Below, piece after piece: positions 10,356 to 19,620 of a stretch of DNA of 44,628 nt (positions are counted from its first letter, which is position 1; the number at the start of each line of letters is the position of its first letter). The position numbers and the translations under genes were made by a program. Under the pieces are notes generated by a model. It saw only the letters and a list, made by a program, of their open reading frames with translations. It was not told the origin of the DNA and did no database searches. This stretch comes from Candidatus Heimdallarchaeota archaeon (GTDB taxonomy: Archaea; Asgardarchaeota; Heimdallarchaeia; JABLTI01). Location: positions 1 through 44,628 of the forward strand of contig DXJV01000069.1 in NCBI GenBank assembly GCA_019056785.1, in the 5' to 3' direction.

Positions 10356-10432
10356 CCGAAAAAGAATCGTTTATTAAAAGGAAGTATGTTATTGTAAATG
10401 AGTTTAACATAAACTAAAACCTTTGAAGGTTT
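10356..10432 (+). repeat. Diverged direct repeat, copy 2 (upstream region of the HEAT gene)
   Basis: See 7207-7279. This copy ends just before the ATG at 10438. Confidence 0.8.
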
Positions 10433-10437
10433 TTTTC

Positions 10438-11145
10438 ATGAGTGAAGAGGCAAAAGCATTATTAAGACGATTAAAAAAAGAGAAAAAGATTAACAAGCAA
10501 ATAGAGCTCATTCAGAAATTGCAGGCCTATAATAATGAAGAGATTGTTACCCATGTCCTCCTTGTTCATTTAGAGCGAAAGGATCATGATGCTTTTCGCA
10601 CTGAAGTCCTAAATGCCCTTAACCCAAAAGATGAATTTATAATCAAACCTTTGAGCCAAATACTTTTTAACAAGGATGAACCTCTGACAATAAGACAAAA
10701 AGTTGTAATGTTACTGGGACAGAACGGTTCGAAAAAAGCTTTAAGCACTTTACTTACTGCTGCTAAGAAAATAAAGGACCCACTATTGCTTGATAACATT
10801 ATCCTTGGATTGACCTATTTTGAAGATAAAAAGGTCGAAAAGCCTCTTCTTAAAGCCTTAGAGAATGAGGATTTACGATTGCAAGTGCTCACCGGATTGG
10901 CTCGGAATGAAAACCTTCTATTAAAATCTTATCCTCTCATTAAAGCTGCATTAAACCTTTCGATAACCAAAAGCTTTGAAAAACTCCACTATGAAAAAAT
11001 ACTTGAGACACTTTTAGCTGAATTTGGCTATCAAACAAAAGAAGAGCTCCTGGCAGCTATTAGCGATAAAAGCATTATGAAAAAAATTACCGCTTATAAT
11101 AAAAAACAAACAGAAATTGCTGCAACATTGAAAAAAATCCGATAG
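10438..11145 (+). CDS. HEAT-repeat protein
   Basis: Helical repeats IRQKVVMLLGQNGSKKALSTLL and IILGLTYFEDKKVEKPLLKALENEDLR. ATG at 10438 preferred over TTG at 10423. Confidence 0.75.
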   Translation: MSEEAKALLRRLKKEKKINKQIELIQKLQAYNNEEIVTHVLLVHLERKDHDAFRTEVLNALNPKDEFIIKPLSQILFNKDEPLTIRQKVVMLLGQNGSKKALSTLLTAAKKIKDPLLLDNIILGLTYFEDKKVEKPLLKALENEDLRLQVLTGLARNENLLLKSYPLIKAALNLSITKSFEKLHYEKILETLLAEFGYQTKEELLAAISDKSIMKKITAYNKKQTEIAATLKKIR

Positions 11146-11382
11146 GGAATAATTTTTCTTTAATATTTTTCCCAAAATTAACATTTTGCAGCTAACTCTA
11201 TTTTTAAATACTAAAACGTTCAATGACTATTTAATGTTTAAAAGGAATGAAACAGAAGCCACATAAAAGCTAAAATCATTCATCACAAAAACCTTCCACT
11301 AGAAAAAACCACTGCATTGATTTGGCTCTAAACTCCTGTTCTGCCCTTGAAAACGATTTAACTTTGTTCAAATCCCACTCAT

Positions 11383-11421
11383 AAAAAAACCAGTCCGGTA
11401 CCCCAAGGCTGGACTGGTTTT
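11383..11421 (-). terminator. Hairpin plus T-tract downstream of the VOC gene
   Basis: 11-bp arms AAAACCAGTCC (11386-11396) / GGACTGGTTTT (11411-11421). On the minus strand the stem runs into a T7 tract. Confidence 0.55.
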
Positions 11422-11484
11422 CCACACATTCTGGAGTTTTTTCTATTATGACTTGTTTTTTTCATGTGGAAAGGGTGGGAGACT

Positions 11485-12030
11485 TTAATGTTCGCTTAAT
11501 TTTTCTGTGGAAAGCATAAGTTGAGCAATGTTGCTGGGAGTAAAGAACCCATCAAAGTCACCAAAGCGTTGGATATATTCGATGATATGATTTGAGTTCT
11601 GTGTTGGTAGTGTGAAAATTTGTTTAATGCCTTCTTCTTCGCTTCCGATTACTTTTTCAGTCGTAAATTTTATTCCCCTTGCTTTCTGGATTTTAACCAC
11701 TTTCTCAATGTCTTTGACTTCGTAAGCAAAATGATGAATACGATTACCGTATTTCTGACAGTATTTTTCTACGACAGAATCTTCTGAAAGCCCTTCGCTA
11801 ATAACGATAATTAGTAATGTGTCAGCCATTTTTAAACAGGTTGTAGTAGCATTTGAAGAGACAACTTTAAAACTTTTGAATAATTTATAAGGAAGAATGT
11901 TCATAAGTTCGGCCATTAACGCTTCACGTGTCCCCATTTTCACACGATAGGCGATATGATCTAATCGAACAATAAACTGATCAACGCCAGAGGCATTGCG
12001 TTCTTCCCCTATTTTTTGAAATGTTTTCAT
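11485..12030 (-). CDS. VOC/glyoxalase-superfamily metalloenzyme resembling the C-terminal domain of 4-hydroxyphenylpyruvate dioxygenase
   Basis: RLDHIAY, IHHFAYEVKDIE, IKQIFT, IEYIQR..DFDGFF..SNI give a His/His/Glu metal triad. ATG at 12030 is preceded by GGTG; the ORF could extend to TTG at 12057. Confidence 0.75.
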   Translation of the reverse strand: MKTFQKIGEERNASGVDQFIVRLDHIAYRVKMGTREALMAELMNILPYKLFKSFKVVSSNATTTCLKMADTLLIIVISEGLSEDSVVEKYCQKYGNRIHHFAYEVKDIEKVVKIQKARGIKFTTEKVIGSEEEGIKQIFTLPTQNSNHIIEYIQRFGDFDGFFTPSNIAQLMLSTEKLSEH

Positions 12031-12253
12031 CAAATAAACACCGAAATTGATTGTCAAATTTCTATTTGAAAAATAGCTTTTAGTTGTATTTAATCTATTG
12101 CCATAGAAAATTAAGAAAGGGTATTACAAAAATTAAAAAAAGTCCCTTGGTAAATAAGGAATGGCGAATTTAGGAAAAAAGCCGGCTATTCAACATGTCA
12201 ATTTATGATAAAGCTCAAAAAGACGTTTGCAATAGTCTTTTAATAGTTATTTA

Positions 12254-13543
12254 ATGGAGAAACAACTATTGAAGTTTTCAAAAGAAATAGAGAATTTTTT
12301 ACTGGAAGAAGCGAAAAGTCGCTTCCTAAAATACGTTCAAATTCATACGACCTCTGATGAAAATTCCACTTCTGACCCCTCAACTGACAGGCAATTTGAC
12401 CTTGCAAAAATCCTTGCTTCCGAATTAAAAGAGCTTGGTTGTAGAAAAGTCATCTTAGACGAATATTGTTATGTTTATGGTTTTCTTGATGCAACAAAAG
12501 GCTACGAAGATGTTCAAGCTATTGGCTTAATTGCTCACATGGACACTTCCCCCGCCGAGAAAGGAAAGAATGTTCAACCGGTTATTCATGAAAATTATGA
12601 CGGCAAAGTCATCAAGTATCCCAAGAACCCAGAGCTTATTTTAACACCAGAGGATTCTCCAGAATTAAAGAAATTTATTGGTATGGATATTATCACCTCT
12701 TCTGGGGACACCTTATTAGGCGCTGATGACAAAGCTGGCATTGCTGAGATTATGGCTGCTGTGGCTGCTTGGCAAAAGTTCCCCTTCCTAGACCATGGGC
12801 CAATAGTTATTTGCTTTACGCCTGATGAAGAGATTGGACGTGGAACGAAAAACATTAACCTCGAGTATCTCCCTGCCTATTGTTATACATTTGATGGGGG
12901 TGAAATAGGAGAACTTGAGATAGAATGTTTTGATGCATGGAAAGCGAACATTCAATTCAATGGCATAAGTGTCCATCCTGGTTATGCAAAGAATCGCATG
13001 GTAAATGCAATTGAAATTGCTTGCAGATTTGTTTCGCAAATTCCCGAAGCTGAAACACCGCAACACACTGAAAACCGAGAAGGGTTCTATCATCTTTATC
13101 ACTTGGAAGGTGACTGTGTTAAAGCAAAGGCAGTTCTCATTTTGAGGGATTTTGAGAGCAAAAATAATAAAAAGCGCATCAAATACCTCGAACAATTAAT
13201 AGCAACCTTTGAGACACGTTATCCTGGTTTAAAGATTGACCTTACAACAGAGCATTCATATGAAAATATGATTGTTTATCTAAAAAAGCATCAGCAAGTG
13301 ATCCAAAAAGCGGCCCAAGCGATCAAACAAGCAGGCATTGAATTAAAAGAAACAATCATTCGTGGAGGGACAGATGGCGCAAGATTAAGTGCGAGGGGTG
13401 TTCCAACACCAAATATCTTTGCAGGGGGATTGCTCTTTCATTCACTGAAAGAATATGTCCCTGTACAAGCACTGGAAAAAGCAGCTGAAGTTATCCTCTA
13501 TTTAGCTGGAAATTGGTTGGAAGAAAAGCAAGCCAAGAAGTAG
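12254..13543 (+). CDS. pepT: Peptidase T (M20B tripeptide aminopeptidase)
   Basis: AHMDTS, LLGADDKAGIAEI, FTPDEEIGRG, VHPGYAK, IRGGTDGARLS, FHSLKEY motifs. Confidence 0.95.
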   Translation: MEKQLLKFSKEIENFLLEEAKSRFLKYVQIHTTSDENSTSDPSTDRQFDLAKILASELKELGCRKVILDEYCYVYGFLDATKGYEDVQAIGLIAHMDTSPAEKGKNVQPVIHENYDGKVIKYPKNPELILTPEDSPELKKFIGMDIITSSGDTLLGADDKAGIAEIMAAVAAWQKFPFLDHGPIVICFTPDEEIGRGTKNINLEYLPAYCYTFDGGEIGELEIECFDAWKANIQFNGISVHPGYAKNRMVNAIEIACRFVSQIPEAETPQHTENREGFYHLYHLEGDCVKAKAVLILRDFESKNNKKRIKYLEQLIATFETRYPGLKIDLTTEHSYENMIVYLKKHQQVIQKAAQAIKQAGIELKETIIRGGTDGARLSARGVPTPNIFAGGLLFHSLKEYVPVQALEKAAEVILYLAGNWLEEKQAKK

Positions 13544-13746
13544 TTGCAATAGAAACTGGTACTTCACCGAGTAATGCCGGTGAAACTACCCGCTTCTTTC
13601 ACTTTTTTGCCTTTTTTCCAAAAACCCCCCTCTGGGGGAAATAGGCTTTCAAAATGTTTAATTATATAAAATGCCTTTTTTTAAAAAGAAATAATGAGCC
13701 ATTAGACTTTATAATATAAAAAAATCCTCTTAGTGAGATGTGAAAC

Positions 13747-14547
13747 ATGAGTGAGAAGAAATCAACCAAGAAATCAAGCGAAAGTAAAGCATCAACAAGT
13801 AAAAGTAAAACAACCTCAAGTAAGAGTAAAACAACAACAAAAAGCAAAAAAAGTGCAACGACAAAAAAAAGTAAAACATCAAAACGTCCAGCAACAAAAG
13901 CAAAGACTGCCAAACCAAAGAAAGAAGATTTAAAAGATATTGATGACACCCTGATTTTAAATGGTATCTCTCTCATTGAAGAAAACAAACTGGAAGCAGC
14001 GTTAGAATGCTTCGAGGACTTTTCAAAGACTTATCCGCAGAATCCCTTTGGATGGTACTACCTTGGCTATACAAAAATGTTGCAAGATAAAAAGAAAGAC
14101 GCGATGAGACATTTTAAGAAAGCCACAAAATTAGACAAAAAATTCATGCCAAGTTTATATTATCAGGGGCTTATTGAATTTGAAAATAATAATTTTGAGA
14201 AAGCATTAAAGATTTTCGATGATATGATGCTGAAATTCTCCACAGATGAGATCAAAGAAAGCGGTTTTAATATCCCTTATTTTGTCGCGATCTGTTATCA
14301 TTATTTGGGAAACCTCGAACGTGCTGAAGAATTCTTTTTGTTTGCATATAATCTTTCTCCGGAGGACCCTGTTGTTCTCTATTATAAGGGCTTCAATGAG
14401 TTAGCTTTAAGAAAATACGATTTTGCCATTGAAACATTCAAGACTTTACTATATATTGATATCAATAATCAGATGTTCTGGGATTTATTTAAAGGCTATA
14501 GCTATTTCTATCATCAACAAGAAGATAAAAAGAAAGCCGAAGAATAA
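13747..14547 (+). CDS. TPR protein with a Lys/Ser/Thr-rich low-complexity N-terminal tail
   Basis: About 60 N-terminal residues of SKSKTT-like repeats, then TPR motifs (GWYYLGY...A..HFKKATKLD; LYYQG; LYYKG). Confidence 0.85.
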   Translation: MSEKKSTKKSSESKASTSKSKTTSSKSKTTTKSKKSATTKKSKTSKRPATKAKTAKPKKEDLKDIDDTLILNGISLIEENKLEAALECFEDFSKTYPQNPFGWYYLGYTKMLQDKKKDAMRHFKKATKLDKKFMPSLYYQGLIEFENNNFEKALKIFDDMMLKFSTDEIKESGFNIPYFVAICYHYLGNLERAEEFFLFAYNLSPEDPVVLYYKGFNELALRKYDFAIETFKTLLYIDINNQMFWDLFKGYSYFYHQQEDKKKAEE

Positions 14548-14620
14548 GAGGGAAAGAGCGATTGAATTTCAATTTCGGTGCAGTTGAAAAACTGTTGTGA
14601 ACCTTCTTTTGGTGAAAGAA

Positions 14621-16663
14621 ATGGCAAAAAGAGACACAAAAGAAACCTCTCTAATGGAACAAGAAAAGGTTTTGGGCCTTATTCAAAAGCTAGATGTTAA
14701 TGTTTTTCGTTTCTTGAAAAAACGTCTCGAGAAAAAAAAGAGAGAATATAAAAGAAAGGCTGCCAAAAGAAAAAAATTTCTAAAATCCTCGCATGTAAAA
14801 CGATTCGATGAAAGAGAACGACTTAAGCTTGGTGTTCTCCCTCAAATGATCTATCAAGCTATGAGTAAAGGACTCCCTCTTCGTGAGCCAAAAAGAAAGA
14901 AACATAGTGAGCCAGAAATAGCCCCTCTTCTTTATCAGACAATTGGAACATCGCTTTTAACAAAACCCCTTCCCATTAGAAATGAAGAAATACCATTTGA
15001 GTTACCTTTTGAACCAACAATTAAATATGTCCCTGATATGTTATACCTCCAACGTGTTGATGCCGACAGCACAAAGATGCTGGTGAAAATGGTCGTAAGC
15101 TGGGGGTTTCTTGAGGAGAATCGCTTGACGTTTTTCTTGAATGAAAAAGGCGAAGAAATTAGTGAGAATCGTGTTCTCGTTTTTAATGCTGATAAAACCC
15201 TACAAGGTCTCTACCCACTTCGGCATGCTTCACATTTCCAAAACGACGATGAAGAAACTGCAAAAGCACTTTTTGTCAGCTTAATGGTAAATTTACGACC
15301 AAATAGTCGCTACTTTTACCGAATTGAGTGTTATGATAAAAAGACAAAAAAGCTCTTCGCAGCAACAAATAACATTGCTTTTCGAACCGCTTTCGTTTTG
15401 AAAGAAGATAATTATCCCCTCTTTCTCAATGTTAGCTCAGATTTACACGGCGGTCGTGGCGGAAAATTTTTGCGAGGAAAAGTAAAGGGAAAAATTCCCA
15501 CCGGCAATCTAGTTCTTGCACATGTTTTCAACGCCCTGGCAACCACAGAAAAAGAAATAACGTTCAATACCGGTTATTCCATTTCTATTGCCACGGGAGA
15601 TTTAACAGACAATGCTTCCTACTCAGAATATTGGATTGATTTGTTCAAACGCTGTTCAGTATTATGGAATCATGTGCCACTATTAACGAGCATTGGCAAT
15701 CACGACTATTATTGTGGAGGAAGGGGGCGGGGAAACGTTATCGGCGGCCTGGAAGAAGATTGTAGGTATTTCCATCGGTACATTTCCAATCCCAATAGTT
15801 GTTCCGGCAATTTGCCTGAGCATTGGTATGCCTTAGAGCTTGGAAATGTTTTTGCTATCTTTTTAGATACTAATGGGCTTGGCTGGGGAAAATACGAAAT
15901 TGCTTGTGGGTCTGAGCAATGGTTGTGGTTAGAAGCAGAACTCAAGAACTGGCGAGCGCGGCAGCAAAACGATCCAAAAACACCGCAGTTTTGTTTTGTC
16001 TTTCTCCACTCAGCAATCATGAGTTTGGGTTTTTGGGGCCGGGGTTTTAATAGCGGAAATGATGAAAAAGCGCAGTCCTATCTTACACCTCTTTTTAGGA
16101 AATATGGGGTAGATATGGTTTTCTGTGGGCATGACCACATTTACCAACGATCCACTTGGATGGGTACTGTTTATCTAGAAAATGGGCGTCATGGTGGCAC
16201 TACGCGACCCTTCTTTTATTGGAAAAAGCGACAAGCAGTATATGATATTGAAAAAACTTGTAATAATTGGAACACTCGGATTTACACAACAATTTATGTT
16301 CCTCAAAATAAAGCTGCATTAACACCAGAACAACAAAAGAGATTCGAAGATTTCAAAAAAGAAGTGAAAAAAACACTACTCGAACAACCAACAGCTTGCA
16401 ACTATTTTTTTGGCACGCGAAAAACAAATCAGAAAATTGGAGAATTATTTGACAGGCATTTCGAGTTAAAAACAAAACTTGTTGAAGACTTTATCCTGCC
16501 CAAACTTGAGGGACATGTTTGGTTACGGGCATACGCCTTAGAAAGTGATTACTCGCCAAACAAACGAGAACTTTTTGATATGGCATTTGTTGCTCCAAAA
16601 ACATCCAATGAAATAAGAAAAAGGAATTATGTCCTTTCTTGCCCCGAAAAAGTGGTGGAATAA
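14621..16663 (+). CDS. Calcineurin-like metallophosphoesterase (purple-acid-phosphatase-like, FN3-like N-domain) with a basic N-terminal extension
   Basis: SDLH, TGDLT, GNHD, FLH and GHDH motifs. NLRPNSRYFYRI is FN3-like. GGTGA precedes the ATG at 14621. Confidence 0.85.
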   Translation: MAKRDTKETSLMEQEKVLGLIQKLDVNVFRFLKKRLEKKKREYKRKAAKRKKFLKSSHVKRFDERERLKLGVLPQMIYQAMSKGLPLREPKRKKHSEPEIAPLLYQTIGTSLLTKPLPIRNEEIPFELPFEPTIKYVPDMLYLQRVDADSTKMLVKMVVSWGFLEENRLTFFLNEKGEEISENRVLVFNADKTLQGLYPLRHASHFQNDDEETAKALFVSLMVNLRPNSRYFYRIECYDKKTKKLFAATNNIAFRTAFVLKEDNYPLFLNVSSDLHGGRGGKFLRGKVKGKIPTGNLVLAHVFNALATTEKEITFNTGYSISIATGDLTDNASYSEYWIDLFKRCSVLWNHVPLLTSIGNHDYYCGGRGRGNVIGGLEEDCRYFHRYISNPNSCSGNLPEHWYALELGNVFAIFLDTNGLGWGKYEIACGSEQWLWLEAELKNWRARQQNDPKTPQFCFVFLHSAIMSLGFWGRGFNSGNDEKAQSYLTPLFRKYGVDMVFCGHDHIYQRSTWMGTVYLENGRHGGTTRPFFYWKKRQAVYDIEKTCNNWNTRIYTTIYVPQNKAALTPEQQKRFEDFKKEVKKTLLEQPTACNYFFGTRKTNQKIGELFDRHFELKTKLVEDFILPKLEGHVWLRAYALESDYSPNKRELFDMAFVAPKTSNEIRKRNYVLSCPEKVVE

Positions 16664-16767
16664 CTCCCTTTTTTCGCCCAATCTTACTCTTTTTTATTAG
16701 AAGAAAATTTTTTAGGAAGGAAAAGCTTCCGTAGTTTAAATCGAGTATAATTTCTGGGTGACAAACC

Positions 16768-18048
16768 TTGACAGACATCAAAAAGAAATTACTGATACCA
16801 GAAGAACGGTTAAAAGCCATCAACGAATTCTTTCTAAAGGAAAACAATTCATTAGTTGATGACTTACTTGCCATCGTTGAGAAATATGGCGGCGTAGATG
16901 AAATCAATAAGAAAGCCATGGAAGCACGAAAAATTGACAATCTGTTGGCTCGCTTAGAAAAGAAAAACCCACAATATGTAAAGGACTTAAATTGGGTTAT
17001 TGAACAGCGCGATAAAGAAGCTTTTATTAGCATTGCAGACTACCGCCGGAAAATTCTCGGACAAGAGGCTGATAAGATAGCATTTGACAAGTCCTACGCG
17101 GTTACGCTTGAAATAAGTGCTTGCCAATATTTCCCTTTCTTTGTTACTCAAGCAAAGCAAGCTGTTGCAAAACAGGAATTGATGCCTGCGAGATTTATTC
17201 GTGTACGACGGATGAAGGAACAAGAAGAAGATGGCGATCTCTTGGCAATGACAGCAGCTATGCAAATTATTGGCGCCTCATGGGTCGAGACTTTAGACAC
17301 GAAAGGGACAGCTCCTGGGCCAGACGGTCTACCTGTGAATATCCATCTTGGTGGTCCGGAAACGATTACAGGCTACTTTGGTGGTGTGGGGCAACCAAAT
17401 GATTTTGCTTTGAAATGGATTGATGAGTTCCTTTATTATTATACTAACTATGGCACGCCTTCAGTGCTTAATATCAATCCCGGCACTGTTTTGTTAGGGT
17501 ATATGCTATATAAATTGGGCGTGAATATGGAATTCAAAATCTCCGTCTATATGGGAAATGACAACCCATACTCTTGTCTTTGGACATTGTTAACTGCAAA
17601 GCTCTTCAGTAGAGATGATGGGACAACACCCCTCATAGGTTTCAACCTCTCAAACTCTGTCAATAATAAAACAATGGAATTAACTGCTCAATTTAGAAAG
17701 GACTTTGGCTTCGAAGACATTGTTCGATTTGAGCACCATATTACCGAGACATGGAAGAGTATTGTTCGACAACCATATGACCGAACAGAAGAGCTGGTTG
17801 AACTAGCAAAGAAGGTTAAAAACATAAGTGCAAAACATGAAGGTGGAAAGCGTGAGATTGAAGAAAAACGTGAACGCCCCTCAGACATTCTCGACTATTT
17901 CCGAGCAAAAGATGAAATAATCAAAGCCGGAGACATGGAACACATGTTGACTAATTATCTTGACAAGCATCAAGCGCTTAATATTACTGCTGAAACACTG
18001 ACTCGGAATAAACTTACATTTCTTGCAGCACAAAAACTGCATAAATAA
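16768..18048 (+). CDS. Uncharacterised enzyme-like protein
   Basis: 426-aa ORF with glycine-rich motifs (ETLDTKGT, HLGGPETITGYFGGVGQPN, EHHITET, SAKHEGG). Ends 6 bp before the DapA-Fae ORF. No function assignable. Confidence 0.8.
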   Translation: MTDIKKKLLIPEERLKAINEFFLKENNSLVDDLLAIVEKYGGVDEINKKAMEARKIDNLLARLEKKNPQYVKDLNWVIEQRDKEAFISIADYRRKILGQEADKIAFDKSYAVTLEISACQYFPFFVTQAKQAVAKQELMPARFIRVRRMKEQEEDGDLLAMTAAMQIIGASWVETLDTKGTAPGPDGLPVNIHLGGPETITGYFGGVGQPNDFALKWIDEFLYYYTNYGTPSVLNINPGTVLLGYMLYKLGVNMEFKISVYMGNDNPYSCLWTLLTAKLFSRDDGTTPLIGFNLSNSVNNKTMELTAQFRKDFGFEDIVRFEHHITETWKSIVRQPYDRTEELVELAKKVKNISAKHEGGKREIEEKRERPSDILDYFRAKDEIIKAGDMEHMLTNYLDKHQALNITAETLTRNKLTFLAAQKLHK

Positions 18049-18054
18049 ATTCAA

Positions 18055-19590
18055 TTGGAGATGAAAAAACAATTGGGAAAGAAATTCGTACCTGGAGGAG
18101 TAAGCCCTGCATTAGTTACTCCTTTTACAAAACAAGATGAATTTGATGAAGAAGCTTATCGCCGGTTAATACGGTTCGTCATTGACGACCTGGGCGTAAC
18201 TGGTATCGTTCCTGCGGGTTCCACAGGAGAATTTTCCTCACTGTTCTTTGAAGAGCAGAAACGCGTCATAGAGGTTGCTGTCGATGAAGCAAATGGCAAA
18301 GTTGATGTAATGGCCGGAACAGGAACAAGTGGGACGAAACGCACACTTGAAATGACCAAGCATGCTCTGGATGTTGGGGCAGATGCAGCGTTAATTATTA
18401 CACCGTATTATATGAAACCAACACAAAGAGGCCTTTTCCTTCATTACTCAAAAATCGCCGACAAAGTTGATATGCCAATCATGCTTTATCAATTGCCAGC
18501 ATTAACGGACGTAGTGCTTCCGCGGATGGTCGTTGAAGATCTCGCTGTAGAGCATGAGAACATCGTTGGGATGAAATGCTCGTGGGGAAACATGGCCTAC
18601 CTCATGGAGATCCTCGAACGGGTAAAACCCGTTGCACCAAATTTCAAAATTCTCTGTGGTTGGGATGAAATAGTCTTCCCGGCTCTTGCAGCTGGTGTGG
18701 ATGGTTGTATCCTTGCTTCAGCGAATATAATTGGCGACCACTGGGTGAAGATCAAGAAATTGGTTGATAGCGGGAAGCTATTCGAAGCACGAAAAGCCGA
18801 GATGGAAATACACAAGATAACAAGGATCATTGTAAAAACGGGTGCAGCTGGAACAAAAGAAGCACTTAATATGATGGGCATTAAAGTTCGGAAACCACGC
18901 TTGCCGCTCGAAATTGGTGGAAGTATTAGCCATGAACTTCGCTCAGAACTACGTTTAGAGTTAGAACGCATCGGAAAGGTCAAAATAGAACCAATTGTCG
19001 CCTTACCAGAAGAACCAGCAAAAATCGAAGAACGCTTTGGGCAAGTGGATGTTACTGCAGAAACAATTCTTCAAAACAAATTGCTTGTTGGCGAAGGATT
19101 TTTTGGCGGGGACAGACCTGAAATGGCTCACATTGACTTGTTAATCGGACCGAAAGATGGCCCCGTTGGGGAAGCTTTTGCCAAAGCATTAGCAATGGTG
19201 AAGGATGACCCCTCGAAAATAGAAGGCCACGAACCTCTCCTCGCTCTTCTCGAGACAAACGAAGCTGTAAAACCAGAAACCATTTTGATACCAAAAGTTT
19301 TCATTCGAAACCTGCGACAAGCATCGATGGTCTTCGGACCCGTTCAAGCCGGCGTTGCTAAAGCCGTCATACAATGTGTGAAAGACGGCTTCCTACCGGA
19401 AAAGTATGTTAATGACTTGGTCATAATTGCTTCGGTATTTGTTCATCCACATGCAGTCTCAAGAAATCGGGTCTATGTCAATAACCGGAAAGCTACTGTG
19501 ATGGCAATCCGCAAAGCAGTCGAAAACAAACCGGATCTTGACTTTCTATTCGAATCTCCTGCGCGCCATCCATTAAAGAATGAACCCTAA
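18055..19590 (+). CDS. DapA/NAL-family aldolase fused to a C-terminal formaldehyde-activating enzyme (Fae) domain
   Basis: N-terminal: ALVTPF, GSTGE, ITPYY, MLYQLP, Schiff-base Lys in VGMKCS. C-terminal: GEG...AHIDLLIGPKDGPVGEAFA, GHEPLLA, KPETILIPKV, FGPVQAGVAKAV, VFVHP, N..AT..AI.KA. Exact start (18055/18061/18073) uncertain. Confidence 0.88.
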   Translation: MEMKKQLGKKFVPGGVSPALVTPFTKQDEFDEEAYRRLIRFVIDDLGVTGIVPAGSTGEFSSLFFEEQKRVIEVAVDEANGKVDVMAGTGTSGTKRTLEMTKHALDVGADAALIITPYYMKPTQRGLFLHYSKIADKVDMPIMLYQLPALTDVVLPRMVVEDLAVEHENIVGMKCSWGNMAYLMEILERVKPVAPNFKILCGWDEIVFPALAAGVDGCILASANIIGDHWVKIKKLVDSGKLFEARKAEMEIHKITRIIVKTGAAGTKEALNMMGIKVRKPRLPLEIGGSISHELRSELRLELERIGKVKIEPIVALPEEPAKIEERFGQVDVTAETILQNKLLVGEGFFGGDRPEMAHIDLLIGPKDGPVGEAFAKALAMVKDDPSKIEGHEPLLALLETNEAVKPETILIPKVFIRNLRQASMVFGPVQAGVAKAVIQCVKDGFLPEKYVNDLVIIASVFVHPHAVSRNRVYVNNRKATVMAIRKAVENKPDLDFLFESPARHPLKNEP

Positions 19591-19620
19591 AGGTTGTTCA
19601 TTCTCTAATTTTTCTTTTTT
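19577..19620 (+). terminator. Hairpin over the stop codon followed by T-rich tracts
   Basis: AGAATGAAC (19577-19585) / GTTCATTCT (19596-19604), then a long pyrimidine/T-rich run. Confidence 0.5.

Noticed and set aside
11360-11385. GTTCAAATCCCACTC resembles a tRNA T-loop and 3' strand (possible tRNA or att remnant)
   Set aside because: The 5' side (CTTTG) cannot pair with CCCAC, there is no D-arm, anticodon arm or acceptor stem, and no integrase is nearby.
13770-13920. Short tandem-like DNA repeats as a possible CRISPR or VNTR
   Set aside because: Imperfect coding repeats without constant repeat/spacer structure, and no cas genes.
13662-13988. Antisense and alternative-frame ORFs over the K/S/T-rich tail
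   Set aside because: They are shadows of the low-complexity repeat in the real TPR gene.
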